DNA of 62,863 nucleotides, filler included, from Conidiobolus incongruus B7586 (Eukaryota): NCBI GenBank assembly GCA_000697335.1. It is 6 parts of 6 records of this genome, joined end to end, with 100 filler letters (N's around TTAATTAATTAA, not from the genome) between each part and the next. Parts side by side here need not be neighbours in the genome. Positions count along the whole stretch, not along the records: positions 9,661 to 23,653 come from JNEM01006482.1; positions 23,754 to 32,743 come from JNEM01006483.1; 4 more parts are not named here. One strand, 5' to 3'. Shown piece by piece: positions 13,800 to 27,009 of this stretch (position 1 is its first letter; each line of letters starts with the position of its first letter). The notes under the pieces were generated by a model. It saw only the letters and a program-made list of their open reading frames with translations, ran no database searches and was not told where the DNA came from. The position numbers and the translations under genes were made by a program.

Positions 13800-16039
13800 A
13801 GGAGGGCATGAATGATCATCATATGATTTATACAAATGCATTAATCAAATAAATGAGCTTTAATTATACTTTTTGAAATGCATGGTATATAGGAACTAAA
13901 CTATTTGGATTGATTGAATGAATTGTTTTATCATAATAAAAGTTGGAAAGAAATTAAGTTAATACTTTAATAGAATATAAATAGATTATTAAATACAATG
14001 CAGATTATATCATAAATATAATAAACAAACTATTTGGTCCTTATTTTATAATCAAGAGCCAGATAGTTGCATTGTTTGAAATAAATGCTGATTTATGCAA
14101 TAAATTTATTAATCAAGAAATATAATTATTCTTTTTATAGTTTTTAAACCAGAAAATAATTCTTAACATGATATTAATATAGCTTAGTTGTAAAAGCGAT
14201 ATTTGAAAGATTCCAATTTACTAATCCTTCTCAAAAATATTCAATTGATTTATTAATTTGTCAATGATCAAAGTTATTATGTGAAGTTTATATTAGATTA
14301 ACACGACTAATTATTGGTCACTTTTAAATATTTTATTTGAATATAATTTAAAATTATATAATATATGGTTGTTTCGAGATGCAACCCTAATGGGTCCTTG
14401 AAATAAACATTGGTTTGATCAATAAGTCTGAACTAATGCATAAGTAATTGATATTCCTTTTGAACGAGTACTATATACCTTGTTGATAATCACATGGCGA
14501 TTTGGTCATACTTACTCATCTGATAGATTGGATTAATAACTTATCTCTGAACATATTTCAGATAAATGTTATACCAACATTTTTTTTACCAATATCATGA
14601 TTAGTTAATGATCCAGTAATCATTTTGATTTCTAAATTTGCCTAATTATCATTAGGTCATATTGATATTGTCATTTTGGTTTTATCAAATTTTATTATAT
14701 TCCTCATTGTAAACAAAATTAACAATTATAAAAAATTAATTTTATATTGCATTATCAAATTATAATGAATTGGAAAATGTAACCATTGTTCTGAGAATTT
14801 GTGTTACTAATTAATTTTGATCAGGTTCGAATTATGAAAGACTTAATTGACTTAGGAGATTAGCAGATCTAAAATAACCTAGTTTTTAGAATGATATTTA
14901 AAATAGATTATAATTCTATTTTATCTTCAGTTTGACAAATTATTTAATCAATTATTTTATAATTCAAAGTTCCTTCAAAAAATTCATTAAATTATTCGAA
15001 TTTTGATAGAATAGTTAATTTTATCCAGCTTATATCAGTGATGTTGAATAATATTGAATTTTTTAAGTTAAAAATAATTATTATCAATATAATAAATAGG
15101 AAAGTTTTAATATTTTAACATCCAAATAAAGAATATACAGTTTAATATGTTTTATAATAATATTAATTACTCTGTATTTTTTTGAGTTCCCAATTATGTT
15201 TTATTACCTTATATTGCTAAATTCTTTAAAATCTCATACTTTATATAATATAGAAAAATATTAAATAGGGTTGTAAAAGGGTTAAATCTATGATGGATAT
15301 TATGAAAAGATTTATATGTTTACCTTTAATATATAATTAAACAACTTCAAATGATAATTGAGATTAAAAATATATATAAATATAATAGAATAATGATTAA
15401 CAAAATATTGATACGTTAATATATTAATTGTTCAATGCAATTTCAATGATTTGAATATTTGATTATTTTGTACAGAAATACAATATAAATGTCAAATTAA
15501 AGGACAATCAAAAAATATAAATTTTTATCATAAATCAATGTTATGAATACACGCATATTATTTCAATAAGAATAAATCTAACACAAACTCTGGTTCTGCT
15601 CTAACTTATTATCATCATATTCTACTTGTGTATTTTTGGAAAATTTTTTTTCTAAAACGATGTAGTTTGTTTGAATAATTATTATATAGGTACTTACACA
15701 ATATCTATGAACAAGAATATAGAGATTGCTCTTGTGATTGATCAAATTTACCGCTTAACATTTAACTGGCAAATTCAAAATCAGTTAAATAGAAAAATTG
15801 CCATCAAAGATAGGCTATCATTTGATTGAAAAACTTCAAAGGTATATATTGATTAGATAGCTTGACTTTGATTAATGATATATTTATCATACAATATCGG
15901 TAAATTTCAACTTTTTGGACGATAGGTTATATGCATATTAAATAATATGATAATAATAATAATAATCAAAATCCTCAGTGGGTATAAAAAGATCAATATT
16001 ATCGGTAATAATGCAATATCACATATTTAAAATAAATTT

Positions 16040-16560
16040 ATATCTCAAAATTGTATCTCTCTTTACACCTGAGTTCATTTAAACAATAAAAGGATATCTA
16101 TTGCATTGGGAATCCTAGGTATCATTTATGAAGTTCATAACTTCTCATTTGAAAAAATCGGCAAGAAAGAGCTAGTTATTGAAAGACGATCCCAATAGCA
16201 AAATACCTGCAATAGTTGAACATTCAATATTGATTTTTTAATATTAGGATCTGGTGCTATTTTAATTGGTGGAGCTACAATCCTGAGGAGAAATTGTGGT
16301 CCAAAGGCCTCAAACTCCAGACTGAAGTTGCTCAATTGAAAATTTTTTGAATGGTTGATATTAATCCAATTGGAGGGTCAAGCTCATCATTTCTCTATTA
16401 CAGTATTTTAAAAACAAATGTCAACAATAAATAAAACCCATGATCCGGAAAATAATGCCCCATTTTGTAATTAACCCATCTATTATTCATCAGATTTTTA
16501 AACTCTACCAAAAAATTTTTCAGGTTTTAACGACTGATTTCGGGATCAAGTCAATATTTA
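16040..16560 (+). pseudogene. GST pseudogene (third copy at the locus)
   Basis: Translates as (ATA)SQNCISLYT*VHLNNKRISIALGILGIIYEVHNFSFE...DPNSKIPAIVEHS...SGAIL...NPEEKLWSKGLKLQTEVAQ...EGQAHHF, colinear with the neighbouring GSTs. Lost ATG, stops and frameshifts. The 3' end is approximate. Confidence 0.85.
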
Positions 16561-17352
16561 CATTGATTAAAAAATAGCTTTAGAGTCACAAATATACTTA
16601 TATTTAGGCTTATTATTTTTATGTATTAATGGTATATTTTTGAATTCTGATGGTATTTATCTGATAAAAAGGATGGGTCAATTTTTAAATGATTTGACTT
16701 TAGCAATTATATAGTATTTTATAAGAATATATCTAACTATAATAAAAATTTTTTTGTGTTAATTGGAAAATTTTTCATTATTGAAATTGAATATATTCCA
16801 ATAATTTGTAGACTAGTTAATGATAATTCAGAAGAATGTTGATTATGAACATTAGTGTATTACATTATGTATAATAGTATTCTATATTGATTTGAATATC
16901 CTCTTAATATCTTTGCATTTGGCTTTATTCTATATAAATTGAAGATTAGAAATGCAATAGCGAATAGATTGAGAAAAATTTCAAAATCGACTATATTTTA
17001 AATTGAAATTACTAATAATGTCAATGATAATCATAAAATACTTGATAAAAGCTTTAAAATAATTTGATATTTACTTTTTAATATTTAGTTTATCATTTCC
17101 CTATAAATTATCAGTTTTATTAAATAAATATATTTCCAACATAATAAAAATAAAATAGTATATATAGTTGTAGTTAATAATAAAGAGTTGGATAATATAG
17201 TTAGTAATTTTCTTAACTAAGATATATATAATAAAATTATAAAAGAAGCTCAATTTAATAATTTGAATTCATCACGATATAGAAAGCTTATCAGACTACT
17301 ATTAATAATTGAGATATAGTTTATTCAATAATATAATTTGGGTGAAAAGCGG

Positions 17353-18078
17353 TCAATTGGTGAAAGATCCATAAATAGTCTCTTTAGCTTCTTCAAGTGC
17401 TTTCTTATACTTTTCAGGATCGTTCCTAGTAGCAATATAGTGACTTGGTTCTGGAACATTCATTCCTTTGACAAACTTGGGATGTTGATCAAGATTGTAT
17501 AACCATGCTTTGACATTAGGGAAGTCATTATAGTCAATTCCAAGGTTGTAAGCATATCCTACATATGAATAAGATGCAATATCTGCAATGGTTAATTGAT
17601 CACCAACTAAATATTTTCTCCCTTCGAGTCGAAGATTCAGTACAGAGAACAAACGCCTGGTTTCATTGATATATCTATTGATAGCATATTCAATCTTGAT
17701 TGGAGCAGCAAGAGCAAAGTGATGAGCTTGACCTTCAAATGGACCAATACCAGCCATTTGGAACATCACCCATTGAATTACTTCAGATTGAAGTTTATCG
17801 TCCTTAGGCCACAATTTATATTCAGGATCATGATGATGAGCCAAGTAGAGCAAAATAGCACCAGATTCAAACACTGGGAAATCACCATTAGAGTGATCGA
17901 TAATAGCAGGAATTTTACTATTAGGGTTGATCTTGACAAACCAATCTTCCCTTGCAGCAAGTTGTTCCCAAGATAGTTCGTAGACCTTGTAAGGAATTTC
18001 TAAGAGTTCTAAAGCGATAGAAATCTTATGACCATTAGGAGTTCCATGAGTGTATAAAGAAATAATAGGTTGAGTCAT
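17353..18078 (-). CDS. Glutathione S-transferase, Ure2p/YfcG(Nu)-like
   Basis: TPNGHK, NPNSKIPAI, FESGAILLYL and TIADIA motifs. TATATAAA on the minus strand at 18147-18154. Confidence 0.96.
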   Translation of the reverse strand: MTQPIISLYTHGTPNGHKISIALELLEIPYKVYELSWEQLAAREDWFVKINPNSKIPAIIDHSNGDFPVFESGAILLYLAHHHDPEYKLWPKDDKLQSEVIQWVMFQMAGIGPFEGQAHHFALAAPIKIEYAINRYINETRRLFSVLNLRLEGRKYLVGDQLTIADIASYSYVGYAYNLGIDYNDFPNVKAWLYNLDQHPKFVKGMNVPEPSHYIATRNDPEKYKKALEEAKETIYGSFTN

Positions 18079-19160
18079 TTTATTTTTGTTAGATTAGAGC
18101 AAATTGTGATTTGATATTGTAAAGAATCGATCAAGCCATATCAACTTTTATATACCTGAATTCATTAATACCCTTTATTATTCAATTTAATTTTTAATAT
18201 AATAATATTGCTTTTGAATTTATAATATGAAAAATCATATAATTAATGGTATAAATTTCAAAATTCTCATATTAGGATAAATTGATTCGGAAGAATATTT
18301 TTATAAATTTCTAACTATAGAAATTTATTAATTGTCTCATTTGACAAATAATTCTCATAAATAATAATTGAAATTTTTACTAATTGTGTTAATATCAGAC
18401 TGAGTTTCAATAAATGGAAATATTTAAATTAGAAGTGATTTTTCCTTTAATAGAAAAAACTATCTAAAATATCATGTTTTTACGTTTACAGATTTTTTCA
18501 AGCGTCTTCAGTACTTTATTATGATTCAAAATTAAACAATCTGAGGTTATTGATTGTAATATTTCCACAGTTATATAATTAAGAATTAATTATATACTCG
18601 ATATATATTAAATTCAAAATAATAATGGGTATTTGTTAATTTATATTAAAATTCTGTTTCAATTTATAAATACATTTTATCATCTTAAATGTAATTAACA
18701 AGTTTATTTATTTTATGTTTTCTCTTTAATTATCATATTGTTTTTAGATATAACGAAAACATTTTTACACATTTTTGAATACAACATGGATACTTTTTAT
18801 GAAATCTATAATAATTTCTGATTTACCATATATTATAACCATTGAAAATATTGTAAATAAAGATATGTTATTTCTATTTGTGAAAATATAAGAGATCCTA
18901 AACCATGTGATAGGTTATATTTTATCGATAGTATCCATTTATGGTAATAATTTGAATAATTGAATTTATTACTTAAATCAACCAATCCATTAATCCGAAT
19001 TATACTGATGCAAAAGTAAGGTTATGGTTATTTAATTAAAATCATGGATGTTTGATTGAAAATATTGAATTTTGGATTTAAGTGAATATAGTATAAATAG
19101 TCAAACCATCAATTGTGGCAGTTAAGTTATCTTATAAATCACTTTAAAAAATAGTTTCCA

Positions 19161-19886
19161 ATGACTCAACCTATTATTTCTTTATACACTCATGGAACTC
19201 CTAATGGTCATAAGATTTCTATCGCTTTAGAACTCTTAGAAATTCCTTACAAGGTCTACGAACTATCTTGGGAACAACTTGCTGCAAGGGAAGATTGGTT
19301 TGTCAAGATCAACCCTAATAGTAAAATTCCTGCTATTATCGATCACTCTAATGGCGATTTCCCAGTGTTTGAATCTGGTGCTATTTTGCTCTACTTGGCT
19401 CATCATCATGATCCTGAATATAAATTGTGGCCTAAGGACGATAAACTTCAATCTGAAGTAATTCAATGGGTGATGTTCCAAATGGCTGGTATTGGTCCAT
19501 TTGAAGGTCAAGCTCATCACTTTGCTCTTGCTGCTCCAATCAAGATTGAATATGCTATCAATAGATATATCAATGAAACCAGGCGTTTGTTCTCTGTACT
19601 GAATCTTCGACTCGAAGGAAGAAAATATTTAGTTGGTGATCAATTAACCATTGCAGATATTGCATCTTATTCATATGTAGGATATGCTTACAACCTTGGA
19701 ATTGACTATAATGACTTCCCTAATGTCAAAGCATGGTTATACAATCTTGATCAACATCCCAAGTTTGTCAAAGGAATGAATGTTCCAGAACCAAGTCACT
19801 ATATTGCTACTAGGAACGATACTGAGAAGTATAAGAAAGCACTTGAAGAAGCTAAAGAGACTATTTTTGAATCTTTTAAAATCTAG
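19161..19886 (+). CDS. Glutathione S-transferase, Ure2p/YfcG(Nu)-like (inverted duplicate)
   Basis: Near-identical to 17353-18078 apart from P>T at residue 222 and the last few residues. TATAAATA at 19092-19099. Confidence 0.96.
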   Translation: MTQPIISLYTHGTPNGHKISIALELLEIPYKVYELSWEQLAAREDWFVKINPNSKIPAIIDHSNGDFPVFESGAILLYLAHHHDPEYKLWPKDDKLQSEVIQWVMFQMAGIGPFEGQAHHFALAAPIKIEYAINRYINETRRLFSVLNLRLEGRKYLVGDQLTIADIASYSYVGYAYNLGIDYNDFPNVKAWLYNLDQHPKFVKGMNVPEPSHYIATRNDTEKYKKALEEAKETIFESFKI

Positions 19887-20491
19887 TTGTTTTGGCTCAA
19901 ATTATAGAATTCAATAAACTATACATAATAATTTAGTATTGGTTTGATAATTTCATAATATATATATAGTAATTAATTCTTCGTAATAAATTAGAATTTC
20001 TTTATACTTTATTATTTTTTATATTATTTATATAATAATTATTTTACTAATCATTTTTTATCATTAAAATAATATTCTCATTTACTTTGATAAAAAAAAT
20101 CATTATTTGAAAAATCCCATTATTAGCATTGGAACATTATATGAACTCTCGAATATAGTATTAAAAGATTATATTAAAACTTTTCAGTATTTTATAATTT
20201 TGATTTTGCATTATTGAAATTCATATACAAATCTTATATGTTTTTGCGAGTTTTTATCTCCTAATTTTGTTCTGTGTTTTCTTGATTAAAACTTTGTATT
20301 AAATCTAATATAATGAATTATAAATATGTTAGCAGATTGCTGGAACCAATGTATCTTAGCATAATCATATATTACTCTTATTCATACTTGACTTTAGTTC
20401 AAAATTCAAATAATTCATATTATAATATATTGAAAAGTTAAATAAATCTAAGAAATTTAATATTTTCCAAATAATCCATATTGAATATTTG

Positions 20492-20842
20492 TGATGGCTG
20501 TAACCGCTAGAGGAAATAGGTTTTAAGGGCTTAGGCGGAGAATTGCCAGTGTTAATCAATAGGTTACCACAAAATTAGGGGAAATTAATGGGATTCACCG
20601 AATTCGGTGAAGGTGGCTTACTGCGAATAAAGCAAATATCTTACGCCCGTCACGACTCAATACTTTTGTGGGTATTAGGAGAAAAACTTAGAGACTGGAC
20701 ACTTTTGAAATGAAGGTAGAAAGATGCGTTTATTAAGTGATAGGTTCAACCAATTCATGAAATGAGTTACCTCCAATGTGACTTCTTGAATCAGCGTGGT
20801 AATCGGAGTTTCTTGAGTGATGGACAAGATTATTCCCCATCA
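20492..20842. mobile_element. Solo LTR, family A (351 bp)
   Basis: TGATGG...CCATCA terminal inverted repeat. Homologous end to end with 361-795 but 84 bp shorter. Imperfect TSD TTTG/CTTG. Confidence 0.78.
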
Positions 20843-21972
20843 CTTGGATATATTTAGATCTATATTTGGAGATTGACATACTTATCAGAAACAAATAGGA
20901 TAAAATATCCGTATTCTTTTGATAATATACAAAGTAACAAAATTTAAAAATAAGTCATTTATCTAAAGCAATTAATTGGAGTAAATATCAAAATTATTTG
21001 TGGTAATAGAGTTATTTTTAAATTATTTCGAAATAATAATTTATGTCTAAATCATTGTTTAAGAATCAGAAACTTCTTTCACAGTTTTATAAAAAATGTG
21101 TTGGATATTAATAGATGGGCTTTTATTACCAAAACGGAGCTTTTTACTCTATTATTTGTTTGATTTTTATTTGACATATTTATTTTGTATGGAATTGTTT
21201 TATAGTTAAGATTTACAAAAGTTTATTTTAAAATATTGTCTAATTTTAAAGATTAATAATTAATATGCTATGCTGGTCCTTATATTCAAAAACTTTATTT
21301 ATTTAAAAGACTTTGATATAGGTCAGAAGACGTTTATGATAGTCTTGATAATCTGTCGTATCATTGAGGAATTGGTGTAGATGAAATTATTTTAAAGGTA
21401 TTATCATAAACCGCTGCTATATCTTGAAAAATACTATTATTTTGGAGAAAATTATAATCCAATAAAACTTAAATTTATATTATAAATCTATAACATGAAA
21501 AATATTTATGTAAAATAGACCATTAATTATCACCAATACATTATTAATTTTCTAGGACACAATTATCCATTTTAATTAAATTTTGAAACTGTCAATTTTT
21601 TAATTTAATCGAGTCATGTCATTAGTATTGTTTGAATAATATTCAGTTAAAATTACGTTAATTAATTTATACCGTCTTATTTTATTATTCAAATTATCTA
21701 TAACTAATTACTAACTAAATAAGTAACAACTAGCTAATATATGAATGATTATAAATAGATGATGAGAAAATATGAAATGCATTTATGAATTATATCTCCC
21801 ATTTCGAATTGTAAAAAAGCCAAAATCAAACATTAAATTCACATACCAGGATCCTTAAATTCAATCCACACTATAATGACAATCGATTTACTATAAAATC
21901 ATGTTGAATAATTTGATATTTTGAATATACTGATTTAATTATTAATCTAATATAGTTGCTATTCTTAAAAAT

Positions 21973-22506
21973 ATGATCTTTAACTTGATTTTGGTTTCTT
22001 TAATTGGTGCTGAAGAAATGACAGCTGCTCAAGACAGTAGTGTAAATTTGACTATTAATCCATGTGCTAAAAGAACTATGTGTTCTCCTATCGCGAAATT
22101 TCCTTATGGTACTACTTGTCAATATATTGGAAAATCTCTTATTGGATGCTGCCAACCCTCATACCCATTTCCCGCTCCTACACTTCCACCATATCCAATG
22201 CCAACTGAAGCGGTTTGCGGTGGATTTGCCAACCAACAATGCCCTAAGGGGTACGAGTGCGTGTTTGGAAACACTGGATCAATAGGTATATGTAGGGAAA
22301 TTAACACTCAGCCTTCTGAGCCCACATGCGGAGGCTTCGCCAATGCACAGTGTCCAGAGGGCTACAGATGTGTATACGACAACTCTGGATCTACACTTGG
22401 AAAATGTGTTAAACAGACTATGTGTGGAGGATTCGCAGTTGCCCAATGTCCAAAAGGCCAAATTTGCAAATATTTGCAAGGTGCTGACTATGGCTACTGC
22501 TATTAA
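21973..22506 (+). CDS. Secreted Cys-rich repeat protein with 3x CGGFAxxQCPxGxxC...GxC modules
   Basis: Hydrophobic N-terminus, a divergent first Cys module, a Pro-rich linker and three tandem 4-Cys modules. The in-frame ATG is at 21974 by my count, so the ORF-track start is used here. Confidence 0.88.
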   Translation: MIFNLILVSLIGAEEMTAAQDSSVNLTINPCAKRTMCSPIAKFPYGTTCQYIGKSLIGCCQPSYPFPAPTLPPYPMPTEAVCGGFANQQCPKGYECVFGNTGSIGICREINTQPSEPTCGGFANAQCPEGYRCVYDNSGSTLGKCVKQTMCGGFAVAQCPKGQICKYLQGADYGYCY

Positions 22507-22701
22507 TATAACTAATACACAATTATTTATTTGACAATATAAATCTATTTTTCCTCTAATATTTCTAGTTCTTAATAAACATTTTATAATTCTCAATGAT
22601 TTATTAATAATTTATTCCAAATTTCAAAATAATTTAGAGGAAGATAAAATTTTAAATATATATTAAGATTCAATATAATAGTTTGGTGATATTGATTATG
22701 T

Positions 22702-22705
<4 letters not shown>

Positions 22706-22745
<40 letters not shown>
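22706..22745. repeat. (AAT)n microsatellite
   Basis: About 13 perfect units. Confidence 0.9.
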
Positions 22746-22746
<1 letters not shown>

Positions 22747-23221
22747 TAATCAAATACAATTTTTCTTATAACATTTAAATCCTGAAATAAAAATTTATTT
22801 TTCTGATAGTTTAATAGGAATAATTGAAAAATATACTATACATTATTGAAATCATATTACATTGTTACAACAAAGTTATTTTTAAGTATATTAAAAGTCA
22901 ATCAAATTATTTAAAGATTTCCTAATTGACCAAATTGGAAGTATATAAAGTTGATTAATAAATTCTAAATTAGCTAATGATCTAATTACCATATATTGAT
23001 TGACAGAAAAAAGATTTTAAAAAATTAATTTAAATAGCTTAAACTTTAAATCAATAGATATTAAATATAATCTTATTTTTAATAACTACTATATAAAGTT
23101 TACATTTTTTCAAATCTATTTAAAGTAAAATAAATTCGAATAACCTTTATAGTATAAAAACCAAGCAGATGATATTCAATCTAATTGCGCAGTAGTTAAT
23201 ATTAATTTTAATTGTGTGAAA

Positions 23222-23464
23222 ATGAAAGTTTTGAATTACTTGTTTGTATTGATGAGTGTTCCATTCGTCGCTTGTAGTGATGAGGAGGGAATCCAGTTGG
23301 ACAGAAGAGATCCTATCATTCATGAACAGGGTGAATTTGGAAAGCATAGTCCCCCCCACAAACATATTCGTTGTGGAGGACCTAGGCGCTTGAAATGCCC
23401 TTACCACATGCGCTGTAAGAAGCATTCCAACTGGCCTCATGCTTGGGGTTACTGTGTTTATTAG
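23222..23464 (+). CDS. Small secreted cationic His-rich peptide with a single CGG..CP..C..GYC module
   Basis: ATG at 23222, signal peptide, acidic pro-region ending in RR, then CGGPRRLKCPYHMRCKKHSNWPHAWGYC. TATAAAA about 70 bp upstream. Confidence 0.8.
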   Translation: MKVLNYLFVLMSVPFVACSDEEGIQLDRRDPIIHEQGEFGKHSPPHKHIRCGGPRRLKCPYHMRCKKHSNWPHAWGYCVY

Positions 23465-25848
23465 CAGCACCATTAGGGTAGCCAAATGAACTAATAATAT
23501 TAATACTCTTACTTGATGATGAAATTTTTGATTCAATCAATCATGAATATTATAATAAATTTGAATTGTATTTCATTAACAATAGTTTGATATATATTAT
23601 AAAAAGGAAAAAATTAGTAACTAATAATAAAAATGTATATTAAAAAATTTAACNNNNNNNNNNNNNNNNNNNNNNNNNNNNNNNNNNNNNNNNNNNNTTA
23701 ATTAATTAANNNNNNNNNNNNNNNNNNNNNNNNNNNNNNNNNNNNNNNNNNNNAAATATATTAATAAGAAAGTATTTTAATTCTTAATAATAATGTATAT
23801 AAAGTAATAATATATAGAATAGTATATAGTTTATGTTCAAAATATTATTATCAATATACCGTAATAAAAGAAATTATATATTATTATAAATATATGTATT
23901 TTATAAAATTAAAATCATCATTATATAAAAAACACTCATAAAAATTACTTTTTAATATAATATTTAATTCATTATTCGTTTTTTTCCAAGTTACAACCAT
24001 TTCAATTTTTTTCAACAAAATTTAAAACTTTTTTATAAATATCAAAATTCCCAAAAATTTTAATATAATTTCTATCAAGCAAAGAAAATAAATTATAAAT
24101 AATTTGATCTATTAAGGATAGTATAATTAATTGAATTTGCCTTTTATTTTAATATTCACTAAAAAGGATCATCTTATAATTTCAATATATAATGTTTGGT
24201 ATACTATATATCTTATATTTAATCAAAAACATATGGATAATTTGTGGTATATATTTGACAAGTCTCAATTAAAAGAATTTTTTACAAAAAAAGCTAACAT
24301 TTCTAACGTCAAAAATATTTCAATCATTTATCTCCTAATAAGTTACTTTTATTATTTTATTTTTTAATTTTTTAACACTTAAATTGGGGTTTAAAAAGTT
24401 CTAACTAAAACTTTGAAAAGCTATGGAATATAGGGCATGATGAAATAAATAATATAGGATTTCCTTTAGTATAACCAAATGACCTATAAAAACCAAAAGC
24501 AAAATACTTTGATAATATAAAAAGTTATTTTAAAATCATCATTCCAAAAACAATATAATAATAAATATAATGATTAAATTAACCAAAATTATTATATAAA
24601 AAGAGATTACAAATATTATCAAAATACCAAGTTGAAACAATATGATTATATTTGAATATTATATATCACCCAAGATAGATTATAATATGTTTTTAAATTA
24701 CCCTAACCTTTGTGCTTAAAATGAGAAATAATCAACTTAACAATGATTTATATAGTGTTTTAGCTCAAATTTTATAATTAAACCATAATTTGGTTAAAAA
24801 AATAATATAATATTTAACCATAATAATCAAAGCTTGATTTAATATCACATATTATTGTTAAAGGAAAAAAATCACCTTGAAACCAGATAATAAAACAAAT
24901 TACTATCATTTAGTAATCAAAAATAAAGGTTTTTTAATCTTTTCTATTATGAAAATATATTAATCTTAAGAATATAATATAGGTAATTATAAAATTGAGT
25001 TAATTATTAAAATATATAGAAAATTAAAAATAAACTTGATATTATAATTTTTGATAAACTTGGCAATTTTCTCAACTTTTTATATTTAAATATATATATA
25101 TATATATATATCTTTATAATAGGAGAAAAAATAATATTAATCTTTTGTAATTTCAAAAGTTGAAAAATTAATTTACAAATTATTAGAGTGGATTTGTATC
25201 AAAAATCATTCAAAACATTAGAGTTCAAAATATATTAGTTCAACCTTTATATTAAAAAGATATTAGGATTTTTATTAACTACTGTAGTAGAAAGTTTTAA
25301 TTTAACTAGTTCGTATATGGTGTAGATATTATATTGATTATGGAGCAAACTATTGATATAAATTTCTAGTTTTTAAATAATATAAAGTATGAATATAACT
25401 TTTACTAATAAAATCTCATTAAAAATATATACTTTGATGAATTTTAATAAATTGAATATAATTTACTACTGTCCAAAATATATTTGAATGATATTAAATT
25501 GATTTTAAAATAAAACTAATATTTAATATATAACTATTAAAAGAAATATATATTAATTTTAATTGAAATATTATTAGAATTTTATTTATTAACTGTCATA
25601 GATACTTAAAATCAATTTTATTCATTTTATCATAGTGATTATGAATAATGGAAATTGAATTTTAAATATCAAATTAATTATTAATTAATTGTTGTTTAAA
25701 TAAAAGAATAATAATTATTTTCAGCAATGTTTGTAGTTAAAAATTTTTAGACAATGAAAAGATGTCTTTTTCAACTGAATAATTCAGTGATAATTATATA
25801 TTAATTTAGATCATAAAGTTTTGCAAAATGATAACTATATTTATAGCA

Positions 25849-25868
25849 ATAAATAAATAAATAAATAA

Positions 25869-25904
<36 letters not shown>
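25849..25904. repeat. Compound (AAAT)n(AT)n microsatellite
   Basis: Directly visible. Confidence 0.9.
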
Positions 25905-25909
<5 letters not shown>

Positions 25910-27009
25910 AAATTTCTAACTGAAAATTAATTTATGATTCGTCAGATTTTAAATTCAATGCTATTAGAGTAACATAAATCTTCAGTATTGTTACAATCAA
26001 TATTAATGATAAAATATTAAATAATTATAACCTTTGTATAGAAATATTACATAAGATATTTAATCGTTATGTTAAAAATCTAAATAAATATCAAAGTTTA
26101 AAATTTAAATCAGCTATTTTTGGTTTTACTATATTGATCAAATAACCATTTCCAGCTACTATGACAATAAGATAGTTATTAGTTAATTAACTAATATTTT
26201 AATTCGTCAATTAAAATTCTAAACCATATAATGTTACTTCATTTAACTTATTATATTTATTGATAAATAATTAAAAAAATGAATGTATTTTGTGATTTTC
26301 AATTGGTGATTAAGTCTTTTGTATAGGTATTGATGAATTTCTAAAAAAATATAAACCACCTATACCATTGTTTGAAGATTGAACCAAATGAGTCTTTTAA
26401 TACAGTTGAAAGACTTTTAGTGAGTGGAATACAAAATGAAGAAGTATATGATATATATACTATAATTGGATAAATTATTAAAATTTGATAAATATATTTA
26501 TTTAATAACAATTATAAATTTCTTGTATATGAATAAATATAATAATAATTAATGTGCTTATTATTTATTACTTATGCAATGGAAAATTTAAAATTCATTA
26601 CAATCTTGATGATTTCATCCAATCAAATAATTCTATTTACTAATCAATTCAAATGGAGTTGTGATTGAAAATTACTACAAATGTCATTATCAATCAAATC
26701 TAACAATGAATCTGATCGATGAAATGAATGAATAAAGCCCAGAGTAGTTTTTTCGTACTAAAAATATCTGAAGAATCCTTGCAGAATAGTCTAACTTATT
26801 AGATAGAGATTATAATCAAATTAATCAATTATCACTACTAAAATAAAAGCAAACATATAACTTGTTTGGATAATAATTAGAAAAATGAAACCATCAATAA
26901 GTGTAAGTTAATTATAGAAAAGGAAGTTGAAAATCAGATTAGGCAGAAATCACTATAAATATTACTTCTTCAAATTGGCAAGTCTCAATTTTTTGTTTGA
27001 TTATTATTC

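Noticed and set aside
16135..16335. 66-aa minus-strand ORF
   Set aside because: Antisense shadow of the GST pseudogene.
20365..20559. 64-aa ORF
   Set aside because: Straddles the solo-LTR boundary and AT-rich DNA, with a non-ATG start.
24131..25080. 78-aa ORF and adjacent possible transposon relic
   Set aside because: The ORF is low-complexity with a TTG start. The downstream sequence looks like eroded coding DNA, but I could not identify TIRs or motifs.
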